From NCBI GenBank assembly GCA_013115125.1, contig JABANN010000167.1, forward strand, positions 1 through 58,416: a DNA stretch of 58,416 nucleotides, in the 5' to 3' direction. The translations under genes were made by a program, and so were the position numbers. The stretch is from Perkinsus olseni (lineage: Eukaryota). The notes below the pieces were generated by a model. It worked only from the letters and a program-made list of their open reading frames with translations. It made no database searches and was not told where the DNA came from. Positions 24,322-35,548 of this stretch are shown here, piece after piece (the first letter of the stretch is position 1; each line of letters opens with the position of its first letter).

Positions 24322-26799
24322 CTACGCTGCAACGTCTCGCAAGAGGTCCGCTAAGAATTCACCGCGGCGATGGCGTTGGGTGTTGTTCCACTCGACTGTG
24401 CTGATGCTGAAGACCTTGTAGCCAGCCTTGCTGAGGATACGCCGACTGAGCTCGGTATTGCCATTGTACTGCAGGACAGCCAGCCTGCCGGCGCCAATCA
24501 ACTGCGAGAAATGGGAGTAACCGTCCACCTCGATAATGGCCAACACTCGGCCCTCAGCGTCAAGCAAGGCAAGGTCGACAAAGATTCCCTCCAAGGGAGG
24601 GGGCAGCTCGTACTCATCGCGAAGAATGACTGCTGGCGCCATAACGGGGAGTACCCGTTGCAGCTCGGATCGGATCTCCCACTGCAAGGTGCTGCTACTA
24701 ACAAGGCCACCGCCCGGCGCCCTCTGTCGTCGGGCGATCTGCATCAGTTGGGCTTCCTCGCTGGCTGTAGGCTCGAAGCCATGGCAGACTCTCGCCCACA
24801 GAAGGGATCTATGAAGTCTGATAAGTGAGGCCCCTTGCTCCGTCCTTGGAGCCGCACTGGAGACAGGCCCCGCTCTGGCTAGTGCCTCTAGGAGATTCCG
24901 CAGTGCCTTCTGACTGTAGAAGTCGAACACAGCCATGGACCAGATGACTATGGTTACGTCTGCTTTGCGAGGCCTGAAGGTGCTGCTCTCGACTCGGTCC
25001 ACGACAGTCCTAATTAAATCGATGGCAGGCTGTGATCGGTGTGAATTGGATGTGATACCCCAGAGGACCATAGCTAGATGGCGGCTGTCGATTCTACCGT
25101 CCATCAGCATGCCCCTCGCCAATACACAACATCTCTCCTCCAACTCATAATGGGATAAGCGTAGCGTCCCCAAGGCCCACACCAGCAGGGCAACATCTTG
25201 CTGTTGATACTGATGACCATCACGAGAGCGGTATTGGTCAGCGAGGCCGCTAACGAAGGCTACAACAGAGGCCGGCGGCTCCCGCAAGGCGGAGGACTCG
25301 AACATTCTGGCAGTCGCCCAGAGTATCCGACTTTCACTTTGTGGTGTGAGCGCATCCACATTGGCGACGGCCCAGTCAACGATAGGCATCATAGTCCCCT
25401 GACCAGTGGACCATTGGGCATTTGAGATCTGTGAAACGGCTAGGATGTTCTGAGCCGTCGGCCGCCAACCGCGGATGTTGTCGACAACCACCTCAGTGGC
25501 TGCGCTGGTGAAGGCTGGAAACGCGGCCAAGAGTTTGGCTTCTGTCAGGGAGCTCAGCACCGTGGCAATCTCCAGGGGCTTCCAAGCTTCGGCGAGGCAG
25601 CTTCCGTCGATGGGGAACTGTTCATTCGACAACAAGTGGCGGAACACCCGTTCCACCCACGGGTCGCCGTCGCTCGCCAAACCAACCGCCCAGGCGATGC
25701 TCGAGATGGCCCCGCTGGTGAAGCCGTCGAGGCCAGTGTTTACTATCAGTTCCGCTAGGTGATGAACGAACGCTAGTGGAAGTTGTGAATCAGACTTACT
25801 CGACTGGGCGACAGAGCCGGCGGCCCAGAACGCATTGCCGATGCTGTGTAGTGGGCATTGCCTGATGGTGGACTCGTCGAACTTGGCGATGCAGATCTTC
25901 CAGACCCGGGAATCCAAGGTTGATGCCGTCATATGACCGAAGGCCCAAAGGACCGACGCTAGCTCGCTTGTCTTGAAGTTACCCAAGTCCAGCTTCGACG
26001 AACACACATCGAACAGACGTACGACCTCTGGCTGGTTCCTGGCTGTTGCACCAAGTGACGAGAGCACCAGAGCGTGGGCCTCGGCGCTGACGCCGGGCCG
26101 CCCTACACGACCCGCCCAATCCACTGCAACTGCACCGGTAAATCGCTCGTTACAGCCGCCCATACGACTGACGGCCCAGACAAAGGTCGCCAGCTCACCA
26201 AAGCCAACCGAGGCCAGGCCAACCCGATCGAGCATGGTGTTGATGGCCATATTGATCTCGGCATCCCAAGGTAGGGACAGCTTGTTGATGGCCCAGGTAA
26301 CGTGGCGTAGTTGGAGTGGACCCATGTCCGGTATGGTCGCCAGCAGGTGTGGACGGAGTAGGTCTCTTAGTCGTGCAACTGCGGTCGGGGGGGACCTGCC
26401 CGCCACGCCGATCGCCCTCATAGTTTCGCCGAGGCGCTTTGGCGAGAGCGCAGAGACGTCGGTTGAGTCTCCCTCTTCCAGCCGCTGAGCCATGGACTCG
26501 CTGAGAGTGGCGAGAAGGGAGAGCTGCCGTGGGTCCTTCGAAACCTTCACGCACTTGATGAGAGCCGCAGCCAGCAGTGTGAATTCGACTCGGACGAGGG
26601 AGGCCGGGCTGTTGAGGATGTCCACTATCGCGGTGCAGGCCTGGAGCCAGTTGTCTGAGGGGAGTGGCCAGGATCGGACCCGGGGCAGGATGGTGCTCTC
26701 ACCTCGACTGCCGGAACTCAACAGCCTTCGGAGATCTTTCACTTGTCGAGAGGCGACTTCATTCGTCACCGCACAGCTGAGCAACCGACCAACATGCAT
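24322..26799 (-). CDS. Helical-repeat protein with C-terminal RAP domain, copy 3
   Basis: 825-aa ORF with a probable in-frame 48-nt intron at 26702-26655. RAP motif FVDLALL...IIEVDGYSHF...NGNTELSRRILSKAGYKVFSISTVEW. Confidence 0.92.
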   Translation of the reverse strand: MHVGRLLSCAVTNEVASRQVKDLRRLLSSGSRGESTILPRVRSWPLPSDNWLQACTAIVDILNSPASLVRVEFTLLAAALIKCVKVSKDPRQLSLLATLSESMAQRLEEGDSTDVSALSPKRLGETMRAIGVAGRSPPTAVARLRDLLRPHLLATIPDMGPLQLRHVTWAINKLSLPWDAEINMAINTMLDRVGLASVGFGELATFVWAVSRMGGCNERFTGAVAVDWAGRVGRPGVSAEAHALVLSSLGATARNQPEVVRLFDVCSSKLDLGNFKTSELASVLWAFGHMTASTLDSRVWKICIAKFDESTIRQCPLHSIGNAFWAAGSVAQSSKSDSQLPLAFVHHLAELIVNTGLDGFTSGAISSIAWAVGLASDGDPWVERVFRHLLSNEQFPIDGSCLAEAWKPLEIATVLSSLTEAKLLAAFPAFTSAATEVVVDNIRGWRPTAQNILAVSQISNAQWSTGQGTMMPIVDWAVANVDALTPQSESRILWATARMFESSALREPPASVVAFVSGLADQYRSRDGHQYQQQDVALLVWALGTLRLSHYELEERCCVLARGMLMDGRIDSRHLAMVLWGITSNSHRSQPAIDLIRTVVDRVESSTFRPRKADVTIVIWSMAVFDFYSQKALRNLLEALARAGPVSSAAPRTEQGASLIRLHRSLLWARVCHGFEPTASEEAQLMQIARRQRAPGGGLVSSSTLQWEIRSELQRVLPVMAPAVILRDEYELPPPLEGIFVDLALLDAEGRVLAIIEVDGYSHFSQLIGAGRLAVLQYNGNTELSRRILSKAGYKVFSISTVEWNNTQRHRRGEFLADLLRDVAA
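25011..25205. repeat. 195-bp near-identical direct repeat, copy A (inside RAP copy 3)
   Basis: Matches 27588-27782 with 7 substitutions counted by eye. Confidence 0.95.
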
Positions 26800-26886
26800 A
26801 CCAAAACTTTCCCAATCTATCAGACAACGAGGAACCAGAGGCCATTAACCAGTACTCAACAAGGCACACGACGGTCACTCAGAAAC

Positions 26887-29325
26887 TCATCCCGGAAACA
26901 ACTCCCTCGAGTTGAAGGCATCGGAGACCTCATGCCGGATGAACTCAAACCTGTCTGCCCGGTCCATGCTGCGCCACTTCTCGTCCCCTACACAGAGTAG
27001 CCGGAAGCCAGCCTTACGAATGAGTTCATGCTTCAGCACACTCTGACCGTTGTACTGTCTACCGGACACTCCCGATGCACCAAGGACGCTGACATAATGA
27101 TGTGGCCCGTCTACTTCTACCAGGAGACCTCGGCTGCCAGTCCGGCCGTCCACAAGGGCAGCATCAACGACCAGACCTGGCAGCTCTGGCCCAAGGTCAA
27201 CCTCGGACATGACTTGAAACCCGGTGCTGGGCCACCGGGCTAGCACTCTATTCAAGGTCCGGCAAACATCCGTTTGAAATGCCCCTTGGGCGTCGATGCC
27301 CGACATCTGAGCCTCCTCGAGAGCCTCGGCGATGAGACCAGTTTCCTGCGGAGTGTGCACGAAGCCATGGCAAAGTCTAGCCCACAGGTAAGCCCGGTGG
27401 ACCTTACTCAGGCTGGCCCTCCTCTCCGCTGCCAACAGCTGACCTGAGCCAGTGGCAAGGACGCTCAATAGGTGGCGGAAGACAGCTTGATCATAGACGT
27501 CCGAGGCAGCCATGGCCCAGAGGACAACAGCGACGTCCGCAACGTCGAAGGAGATGCCTCCCCTCTCGACCGCCGAGACGGTGTCTTTAATTAAATCAAT
27601 GGCAGGCTGTGATCGGTGTGAATTGGATGTGATACCCCAGAGGACCATCGCCAGATGGCGGCTGTCGATTCTACCGTCCATCAACATGCCCCTCGCCAGT
27701 ACACAACATCTCTCCTCCAACTCATAATGGGATAAGCGTAGCGTCCCCAAGGCCCACACCAACAGGGCTACATCTTGCTGTTCTAGACGCTCGCTACGGC
27801 CATCGAGGAACCTCCTGGCCGCAGCACAGACCAACAGAACGACTGAGGACGACTGTTGCCCAGCACAGGCCTCCACCACCCCATCACACTTCGACGCTGC
27901 CCAGAGTATCCTGCAGAGGGAACGGAGTCCAACTTCATCAGAATTGGTAGTAAACCAGTCAACGATCGCCTCCATCTCCGGGCCGCCCTCCGGGACCATC
28001 GTCCAGGCCACTTGGGTGAAGGCTCGGCCGTTAGCCGCGGTACCGGGGGCTATCTTGGCCGCGGCAGCAAAGTACTGACGTGCTGCCGCCACGAATTCTG
28101 GAAGGCTGTCCTTGAGCCCCAAGGAGCATACAGCAGCGAGGGTGTTGGCCAACTCCAACGACTTGAACTTGTCTATCGTCTCTCGTGATGAATTATCAGC
28201 CAGCAAGTGCTTACAAAAATCGCCAACCCAAAGACAGTCTTGGTTGGCAGCTAGGGAGACGGCCCAAACCATGTAGCTGACGCTGGAGGGCTGGAAGCCT
28301 CGCACACTACCGAGGACGACAACCTGGGCCATCTGACGGATGAGCTCCAACGGGAGGCCGCTGCTGTGGCAGTCGTGGGAGAGTACACCAGCAGCCCAGA
28401 AGGCGTATCCAATCGTCTGTGTTGCGCAAGCTCCGACCCCGTCCGCGGACAAGGCACCCAGCAGAGACTTCCAGATGCTCTCACTCGGGATTATGCCACC
28501 ATTGTTGGCATACACCCAGAGGATCTGTGAGAGCTCAGTGAAGGTGAAAGTGGAGTAGTCAAGGCTGTTGTTGGCAACTCGAAGGACCTCGGTAATGACG
28601 TCCTTGTCCGCGGTCTTGCCGACTGCAAAGACCACCGCTGCATGAACATTGGACTTGAGGCCTCGCTGGCCTTCCACTCGCTGCCTCCACGAAGCAGCCA
28701 TCGACTTGGCGAAGGCTTCAATCCTCCAACTCGAGCTAGCAATAGTCCTAGCGAGGGACGCCAGGGCGAAGTCACTGAGCATGTCCAGCCGGCGGTCCAA
28801 GCGGTCCAACAGCAGCTGCACCTCCACCCCTAATGGCTCCTTCAGGTTACGCAATGCAGTGATGGTTCTGTGGATCTCCTGCAAACTCATCTGTGGGGCC
28901 ACGGACGGTATGCGGGCCTTCAAGCCTTCGACGAGCCTTCTAATGGAGGGCCGATGAGGCTTGCCAGCCGAGGCCAGCGAAACCAGCGCTGCTACTACTT
29001 CGCTGGACGGTATTTCTTCTTCTGCCGAGCACAGGCGCTCAGTGGATGCCCAGCAGAGAGCATCGACTGTCTCCGCCACCACACTGAGTTTGGTGGAGGC
29101 AACAGCCCGTCCGGCAGCACACAGAAGGTCGGCCGAGAGGGCCGATCCCGACGATAGGAGCTCTCGGCAGACCTCTTCAAACTCTGAGAACGGCATTGAC
29201 TACTGAAACGAAGCACATGGCCCCTTCCTACCGTGCTTGTCCGCATCGACTATCCGAGATCTCAGATCGCTTTGACGGCGAAGCTTTTGACGAGCAACAG
29301 CGCTGAGACGACGAGACGGGCGCAT
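26887..29325 (-). CDS. Helical-repeat protein with C-terminal RAP domain, copy 4
   Basis: 769-aa ORF plus first exon MRPSRRLSAVARQKLRRQSDLRSRIVDADKH joined in frame through 48-nt intron 29231-29184. RAP motif VVDAALV...LVEVDGPHHY...NGQSVLKHELIRKAGFRLLCVGDEKW. Confidence 0.9.
27588..27782. repeat. 195-bp near-identical direct repeat, copy B (inside RAP copy 4)
   Basis: Matches 25011-25205. Confidence 0.95.
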
Positions 29326-29881
29326 AAGAGACAAACTAAACGGAAGGGGTCACGGCTTGACGAGGGCTCAGCAACCAGCATGCGTGGCTCGTAGCCACAC
29401 TACGAGAACTATTGTGTACGGCAACAGGACGCTGTCAACATACCATGAGAAGCATCACCCGACCCTGTCGTATAGGGAATTATCAACTCGAAACATGATA
29501 GTGTCTAGGGAAAGAACAGCAACTGCTACGACGATGGTGAACATGACACAACGTAGCAAGCAGCCAGTAAACAGTGCGCATATTATAGCTTCCCGTTAAT
29601 TGGGGTGTAGGCCTCACCTCAGCGGCCTACAACGACGAGGACAGCAGCCTTTCTATGAGCTCTCTCGCTCGCCCCATCGTTCTTCCTTCGCGCGGTGGTC
29701 ATTTTCCATCCCAGTAGGGATAGTTCGGCATCTACCTAATACATGAGATGACGTGTTATCACTGAGGAGTCAACGATTGAAGGTTGGGTACTAAGCCCGA
29801 GATTAAAACAGCTGTGACTAAGCCAACGATTGCCTCAGTGTTGACGACCTGCCCAATTGAATGCCTACTAGACACCTCATC

Positions 29882-30784
29882 ATGAGAGCTTCGGCTGCCG
29901 CCGTCGCTGCATTCATCCCACACCTACCTCTCAGCCACGCGGTACGCGGCACCAACCTCCCCGCTGATGTAAGGACGGGTAAATGACGATGTTCCTAGTT
30001 TAGTAGCAGTAGAAGGGGCTGGCAAGTGTAGCGTAGAGAAGCGATGTTGCACACCAATGACTGAGTAATGGCATGTTGCTTTGTTAGGACTTCCCTCTCC
30101 GAAACCCCACCACTACACGGTTCGACCTGATGAACAGCACTGCTGTGTGTGCGTACCACAATGGGGACTACGCCTCGAACCATACAGCATCATTATTCAT
30201 CCGAGTTGGAAAGAACTCCGTGCAGACTGACTACGTCCAATGCCCCGCTACCAAGGCCAGGAGCTCATTCTCACTTGGGTGGGGGGGATATGCTAGGCAG
30301 CAGCAACAGCACGTTGATCTGACCATTCTTCAGTTACTGGGGGAATCCCGCCGTTCGCAGCCATGCCTCCCATCGCCCACATACGGTCGACACTCATCGA
30401 TATCCTCAGGGCCCACCTCCCAACGAGGGCTTGGATCCCCTTAGAAAGCTAGACCAGTCGGGCCTTCGCCAAGAGCTGGAGGGCCTGTTCAAGGCTGCTA
30501 CCCGTGTATCACACGGTCTTACACCGGACAACGCGGTTATATTCGAAGCCTACATGGACAAGGAGCCCCCTGCTAGACAGAGAGTGATTAAGCATCTCCA
30601 AAGCATCTGCTCGGCCGAGCTCACTGCCATGAAGAGATACTTTGTTAGTCTGAGGAAGTTATGCGATGAGTATTACACAGCTTACAGGGCATCCAAGAAC
30701 GCTGCTAAACATGAGGAGTGGGTTTTCAAGGAGTACTTGCCTGGACACTATGAAGTGGTCCCTTGGTGGTGGGCTTCCCAATGA
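29882..30784 (+). CDS. Probable secreted hypothetical protein, 3 exons
   Basis: MRASAAAVAAFIPHLPLSHAVRGTNLPAD | DFPLRNPTTTRFDLMNSTAVCAY...SFSLG | YWGNPAV...GLDPLRKLDQ...WWWASQ* splices in frame; signal-peptide-like start. Confidence 0.55.
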
Positions 30785-31586
30785 TGATTAGGTCATGTTC
30801 TGATGTAAACTTCATCGCCGACGGCATCATGGTGCCAATGATGATAATGATGTAATTGTGTAGTTGTGTGCAGCGGCTCGGTTGTTGTGTTCATCGCCAT
30901 GGAATATCTTCACTCCCAGCGTTCCCTTCGGACAGCGTTCTCCTCCCTACCAACCTACCCGTATTCCGTCCACCTCGATAGACCGCCCCATCCTCACCGC
31001 CCCTCAGAGTGCTACGATCGCCGAGGCCCTGAGCAGCCTCCCACTTACCTAGCCCTATCTGAATCACTTCCAGTGTCCGGTATCACCGACTAGCGATAAA
31101 CGCATTGTTCGAGGGTCGCCCAATCCGACTGTAGATCTCGCACGTTCACATGTAACCACGACCACGATCGAACCAGCGTTAGATGAGATCTGCTATGTTT
31201 CATCGCCTGTCAACGACGAAAGCACGATTCTGATGTCGATTCAGTCCCGCGGTGTGCCGGGCCACGACCGTTGTGCCACTCGCGTGCCAAGAGAGGGTTG
31301 CGTCACCATCTCCCCCATATTCCCTTCCTATCAGTAACATGTTAATAGCAACCTACATTGACTAAGATAGCGCCTCCCCTGGGACCCTCGGCAGCCCTTG
31401 ACAACGGTTTGACGATTGACATCCGAGTCGGTCCACTAGAACCATCCCCCGTCGTGGTGTCACCTGAGACCACACGGGTATCAGAAAAGACGAAGGAATC
31501 TACGACCGATTAGTGTCTGGAAACTCGACTCAATAGCGAGGGGAACGCAACCACACAGGGTTCGTGGTGATGCGCCGAATCGTTGG

Positions 31587-33300
31587 ATGGCGTTGAGGAA
31601 AGACGAGACGATACAAGATCGCAAGATCCGTCAAAAATACTCCTGCAGTCATCGACGAAGAGGTTTTCTTCTCATGGGACTCCGCTCAGCATTGGCCGTC
31701 CCTGCGGCTGCGTTGAGTGCCGTCTGGCTGCTCATATCGGTTTGTGCCGTGCTGTACATTGTGGTTGCCCCAGTCGAGCGCGGAGCTAGAGAGAACCTTG
31801 CTGATCTCAAACTCGAGTGAGCTGCCGAGAGTGCACTCTCTGCTCTCTATCACTCGCCGTTGTGAGTTCCCGGGCCCTAGCGTTGATGCTAGATACGCTA
31901 CGAAACGTGCTGCTCTCGCGAAGGAAATATCTGAGCTTGAAGCAGGCCTGAAACAGGATGGGGCGAGCATGTCCCGTGACCAACGAGTAGGTTGAATTGA
32001 CTGGGATCGTGAATTCCTGTGACGGCTCAGAGCACACAGTTCCAGTTGCAACAAGCGAAGAGCAGTCTGAGGAGCGTCGAGGGCAGGATTAGGTCGGCTC
32101 ACGACGATTACATTAGACGAAACGAGGAGCACTCACGGTTGAAGGAGGGCATGGAGTCAGAGATACGGAAGCTCAAAAACACTCTGGCTACGGGGTACGC
32201 ATGAGAAGGGAACTCACTATCGTTTTGGGAGTATCCTCGACAGTCGTTTCATCCCATCCGAGTTTCCTCTACCGCCCACTTCGGAATGGTGGCTCCTACT
32301 CTAGGCTTTGATGTTCTTCTGGCGGTTGGTCGATTCACTCTTTCTCGCCTCATCCGAGCTTAGAGACCCAGAGACGAGTACATCCACCGAGCTATCGGCA
32401 TGCCTGACTCATATAGCGGAAGCCAGCTATGCTTACAATAAGCTGGAAGATCAGTTAGCAGATCTCAAGTCAGAATGTCCACCATCACCTCGACTAGGGT
32501 CGCCCTGTTGTCAGGACTCTACGGCCCTTCTCCTTCAACTCGGTCGTCACGACGCCAGACCTGCTAGCAGTCTACGTATCCTCATCGACAGAGAAGACGA
32601 TGACGAGCCGACTGATGGTGGAGCAGCTGGTCAGCTCTTTACTGGCCACTCAAAGGGACTCAACATCCCCACTTACCATTCGGGTGGAGGTAGCATCCCT
32701 CAGTGAGCCGGCAAGCGTCGCAGCGGACCAAGCATTAGTTCGCGCCTGAGAGAACACTTGAAGGATGCCTCGTCATATCAGACTGATGAGGAGCACAAGA
32801 ACCCTTGGAAGCGCCCCGTGGAGGAGTGCGGTAGGGGTGGAGGCGGGAGCCGCGATCGCTCCTTCGTCACGATGAGCCCGAACACCGTCGTTTTCGACGG
32901 CTGGCTGAGGTAAGGCTCCTCGTGAGGTACCGGACCGCCGAGTCTACGGTCGAGTTGCCGGACACTTGCGAGTTTGCTTGAGCAGTGCACGGTGTAGCAG
33001 AAATTCATGCTTTTCGAGGGGCCCTGTCTTCTCGAGGTCGACTGCTCGACCTGTCTCAGGGATATCCTAAAGTGCATCTCATCCACCAACCAGAGAGGTC
33101 ACCCCATCGCTGTCTGCTGCATGATGGTCATCACTCCCACCGGTGAACACGAGTGTGATGAAGGCTTCTTCGCTGCAAGGTGTGACAGCGCTGTGCTCGA
33201 GGTAACCTGAGGCCGGCCAGTAGCTAGCGTTCTGCTGCACATGCTCAGGGTATCTCCAGCATTCCCGCGGACCGAGCCTCCGCCCGATCTGCCTTCAACT
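31587..33300 (+). CDS. Hypothetical protein with one TM segment and coiled coil, multi-exon; 3' end uncertain
   Basis: Hydrophobic AALSAVWLLISVCAVLYIVVAPV followed by heptad-rich exons (ALAKEISELEAGLKQ, QLQQAKSSLRSVEGRIR, RLKEGMESEIRKLKNTL). Confidence 0.45.
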
Positions 33301-33439
33301 CAGTCATGGGCAGGCTCGGTGATCGAGTGAGGTATTTACCTTTGTCCGAGTACCGGCGACAGCATATAGGTGGGAGAGGGCGCCCGCCGGCCGGTCTGGC
33401 GAAGGGGTCGCCCGGAGTCGTGGTAGACTTGCAAATCGC

Positions 33440-35057
33440 TCCGCCGTTTAGGTGATGGTGGCGGTGATGTCACCACCTTCGATGTCCGAACTCTCCTCAA
33501 GGTCTATCGTGCATCTGGGGATGGGTCAAAAGTACTCGATCGACTACTACGTATGAGGGCCAGAGCACTCGAGGAGAAGTTCAATGAGGTTGAGTCTGAT
33601 GTGAGAACAACGCCTTACAGCGTTGGCTTGCATTCTTGCTTCTTGGTGGAGAAAGTTCGCCCGATTCCCATTCATGTGCTTAAGTCGGGGTGAAAAGTCG
33701 AGTAATTGCCTTCCTCCAGACCCGCAACCGAGCAATGGTGAGGGCCACAATGGGAGGTGCTTGCGAGATAACCCTGTCGGCTACTCACGCCGCCAAGAGA
33801 GAGTCCAGCGCACCCTCGGATAACGGCCAGTCGCAGTGGACGGCCCTCCGTTCGCCAGGGGACTCCGCGGCCTCAGCTACCGCTGATAGGGTAGATCTCT
33901 CCCTACTGCTACGGTTCGGTCTGGCACTGTCCCTGCTCTCAGTGTCATGAGGTCATCGGGTTGATACCATCTTACGGCAAGGACGTAGAAGACGAGCTCA
34001 CGCTGTGGCTCAATCAGCGATACTATTCTGATCCACTCCCGTAAGGATTATCGGACTACCTCTGAGCGTCGATTAAGGCGTCCCTGGCGTGGTCCACATT
34101 CCAATCGGCAATCGGGTGGTGTCCTTTCTGCACCGCCCCCTCCCATCGTTGCAGATATGATCATCCGGTGAAGATTCGGTCGGAATGGATCCCTGCTATA
34201 CCGAGCCTCCCTCAAAGTACGCCACCGCTCGAGTTGGTTGTTTATTTTGCTGCTCCGGACCAGTCGGTACGATGTGCTCTCGATCTTCATTTCACATGGT
34301 GGCTGCAACGGAGACGAATCGCTAATAGGTTCGAAGGCCTTACGTGATGCACCAGTGATGGGGATAGCAGGAGACCAGCAGCTCCTTGCTCAGAGGCATT
34401 CGTCTTTGCTTGAGCACCCCTCCCTCAAGTCCCTGCTACTTCCTGGGTAGTACTGGGGGTCGGTTCGATTGGACTTGATAACTCGGCACCCGACGCCCAT
34501 TCTCGACGGTCCTAGTTGGACTGGTTCTCCGGGGTTATTCGTATTCAGTGTGGCTGGTGATGGCTTTGTGAAATGGTTTGTACCGGACTAGCAGTTCTCA
34601 CGATGGCTTCCTCACTTCAGGAGCGCTATTGACCCTTTCCTGGGGTTCGTGAAAGCAGCTGTGATGAGAACTCCAAGCGAGTCGGAGGCGATTAACGGTA
34701 AGGCCGGGTCCCTCCAACTTCACCTGTGCTCTAGCAAGCCAGTTCGGCCGATGCTGCGGCCTTAGCTCACGCAAGCGGTGACTGCGAGTCGAAGTGGGAA
34801 AGGCAATGAGCCGGGATACCTCTTTCCACCGGCTAGTTGGTCTCCTCGGGTTTGCAACCACTCTTCCCTCCTCAGAGATGCGTCAGCGCATTAGAGATGA
34901 CCTCGTGGCATCGGGGAGGCTGCCTTTCGGGAAGGACGAAGATCTTGCCAAGCGAGATCTCGAGAGCGTCGATCGTGCCGTCGAGCTCGAGAAGATGTAC
35001 CGAGAACAGCAGAAGGAGCAGAGTGATCAGGAGCAACGGAAAATAGAATTCTCATGA
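33440..35057 (+). CDS. Hypothetical multi-exon coding region (may continue the previous gene)
   Basis: Protein-like exons, last one ...RQRIRDDLVASGRLPFGKDEDLAKRDLESVDRAVELEKMYREQQKEQSDQEQRKIEFS*. Confidence 0.35.
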
Positions 35058-35548
35058 TGCGACGTGAATGGATGCCATGGTGTCTCATCGTCCGTGCGGG
35101 TCTCTCGCGCCCTCCATTACACCTTGAGTTACAGTCCTAGCCTTAAGCAACTGTGGGAGGGAGTCAATTCAGTCGTAACACCATCCCTTTGGCGGCGGCC
35201 CCTCTTCACGTTGAATGGCGCGCTCCCTGGATACGATAGATGAGTGTGCATCGATCAGCGGAACGACGTAGCTTGCGAATGAGGACTTCTCTTCGGTTTG
35301 TTCTTCCCTGTTGTCCCTCGGTCGGGTAGCTGAGCAAGTGGTCCAAACCCGCCGCTGTGCTTCGCAACCTGGCGACAGTGAGGAGCGATTGTTTATCGCC
35401 GCTAAACTATGATATCACATGAGGTCACCTCGAGTGTTCCTTGCAATGTTGCGTTTAGTTAAAGTCAACTGGACGGCAGGCCCGTGACGTTCGGTCACCC
35501 TCGGGAGTGGAACCCCTCTCCGGACAGTTGCAGATTGTGATCGTGAGG

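Noticed and set aside
19237-29206. Numerous plus-strand ORFs opposite the RAP genes
   Set aside because: Antisense shadows of long GC-rich coding sequence.
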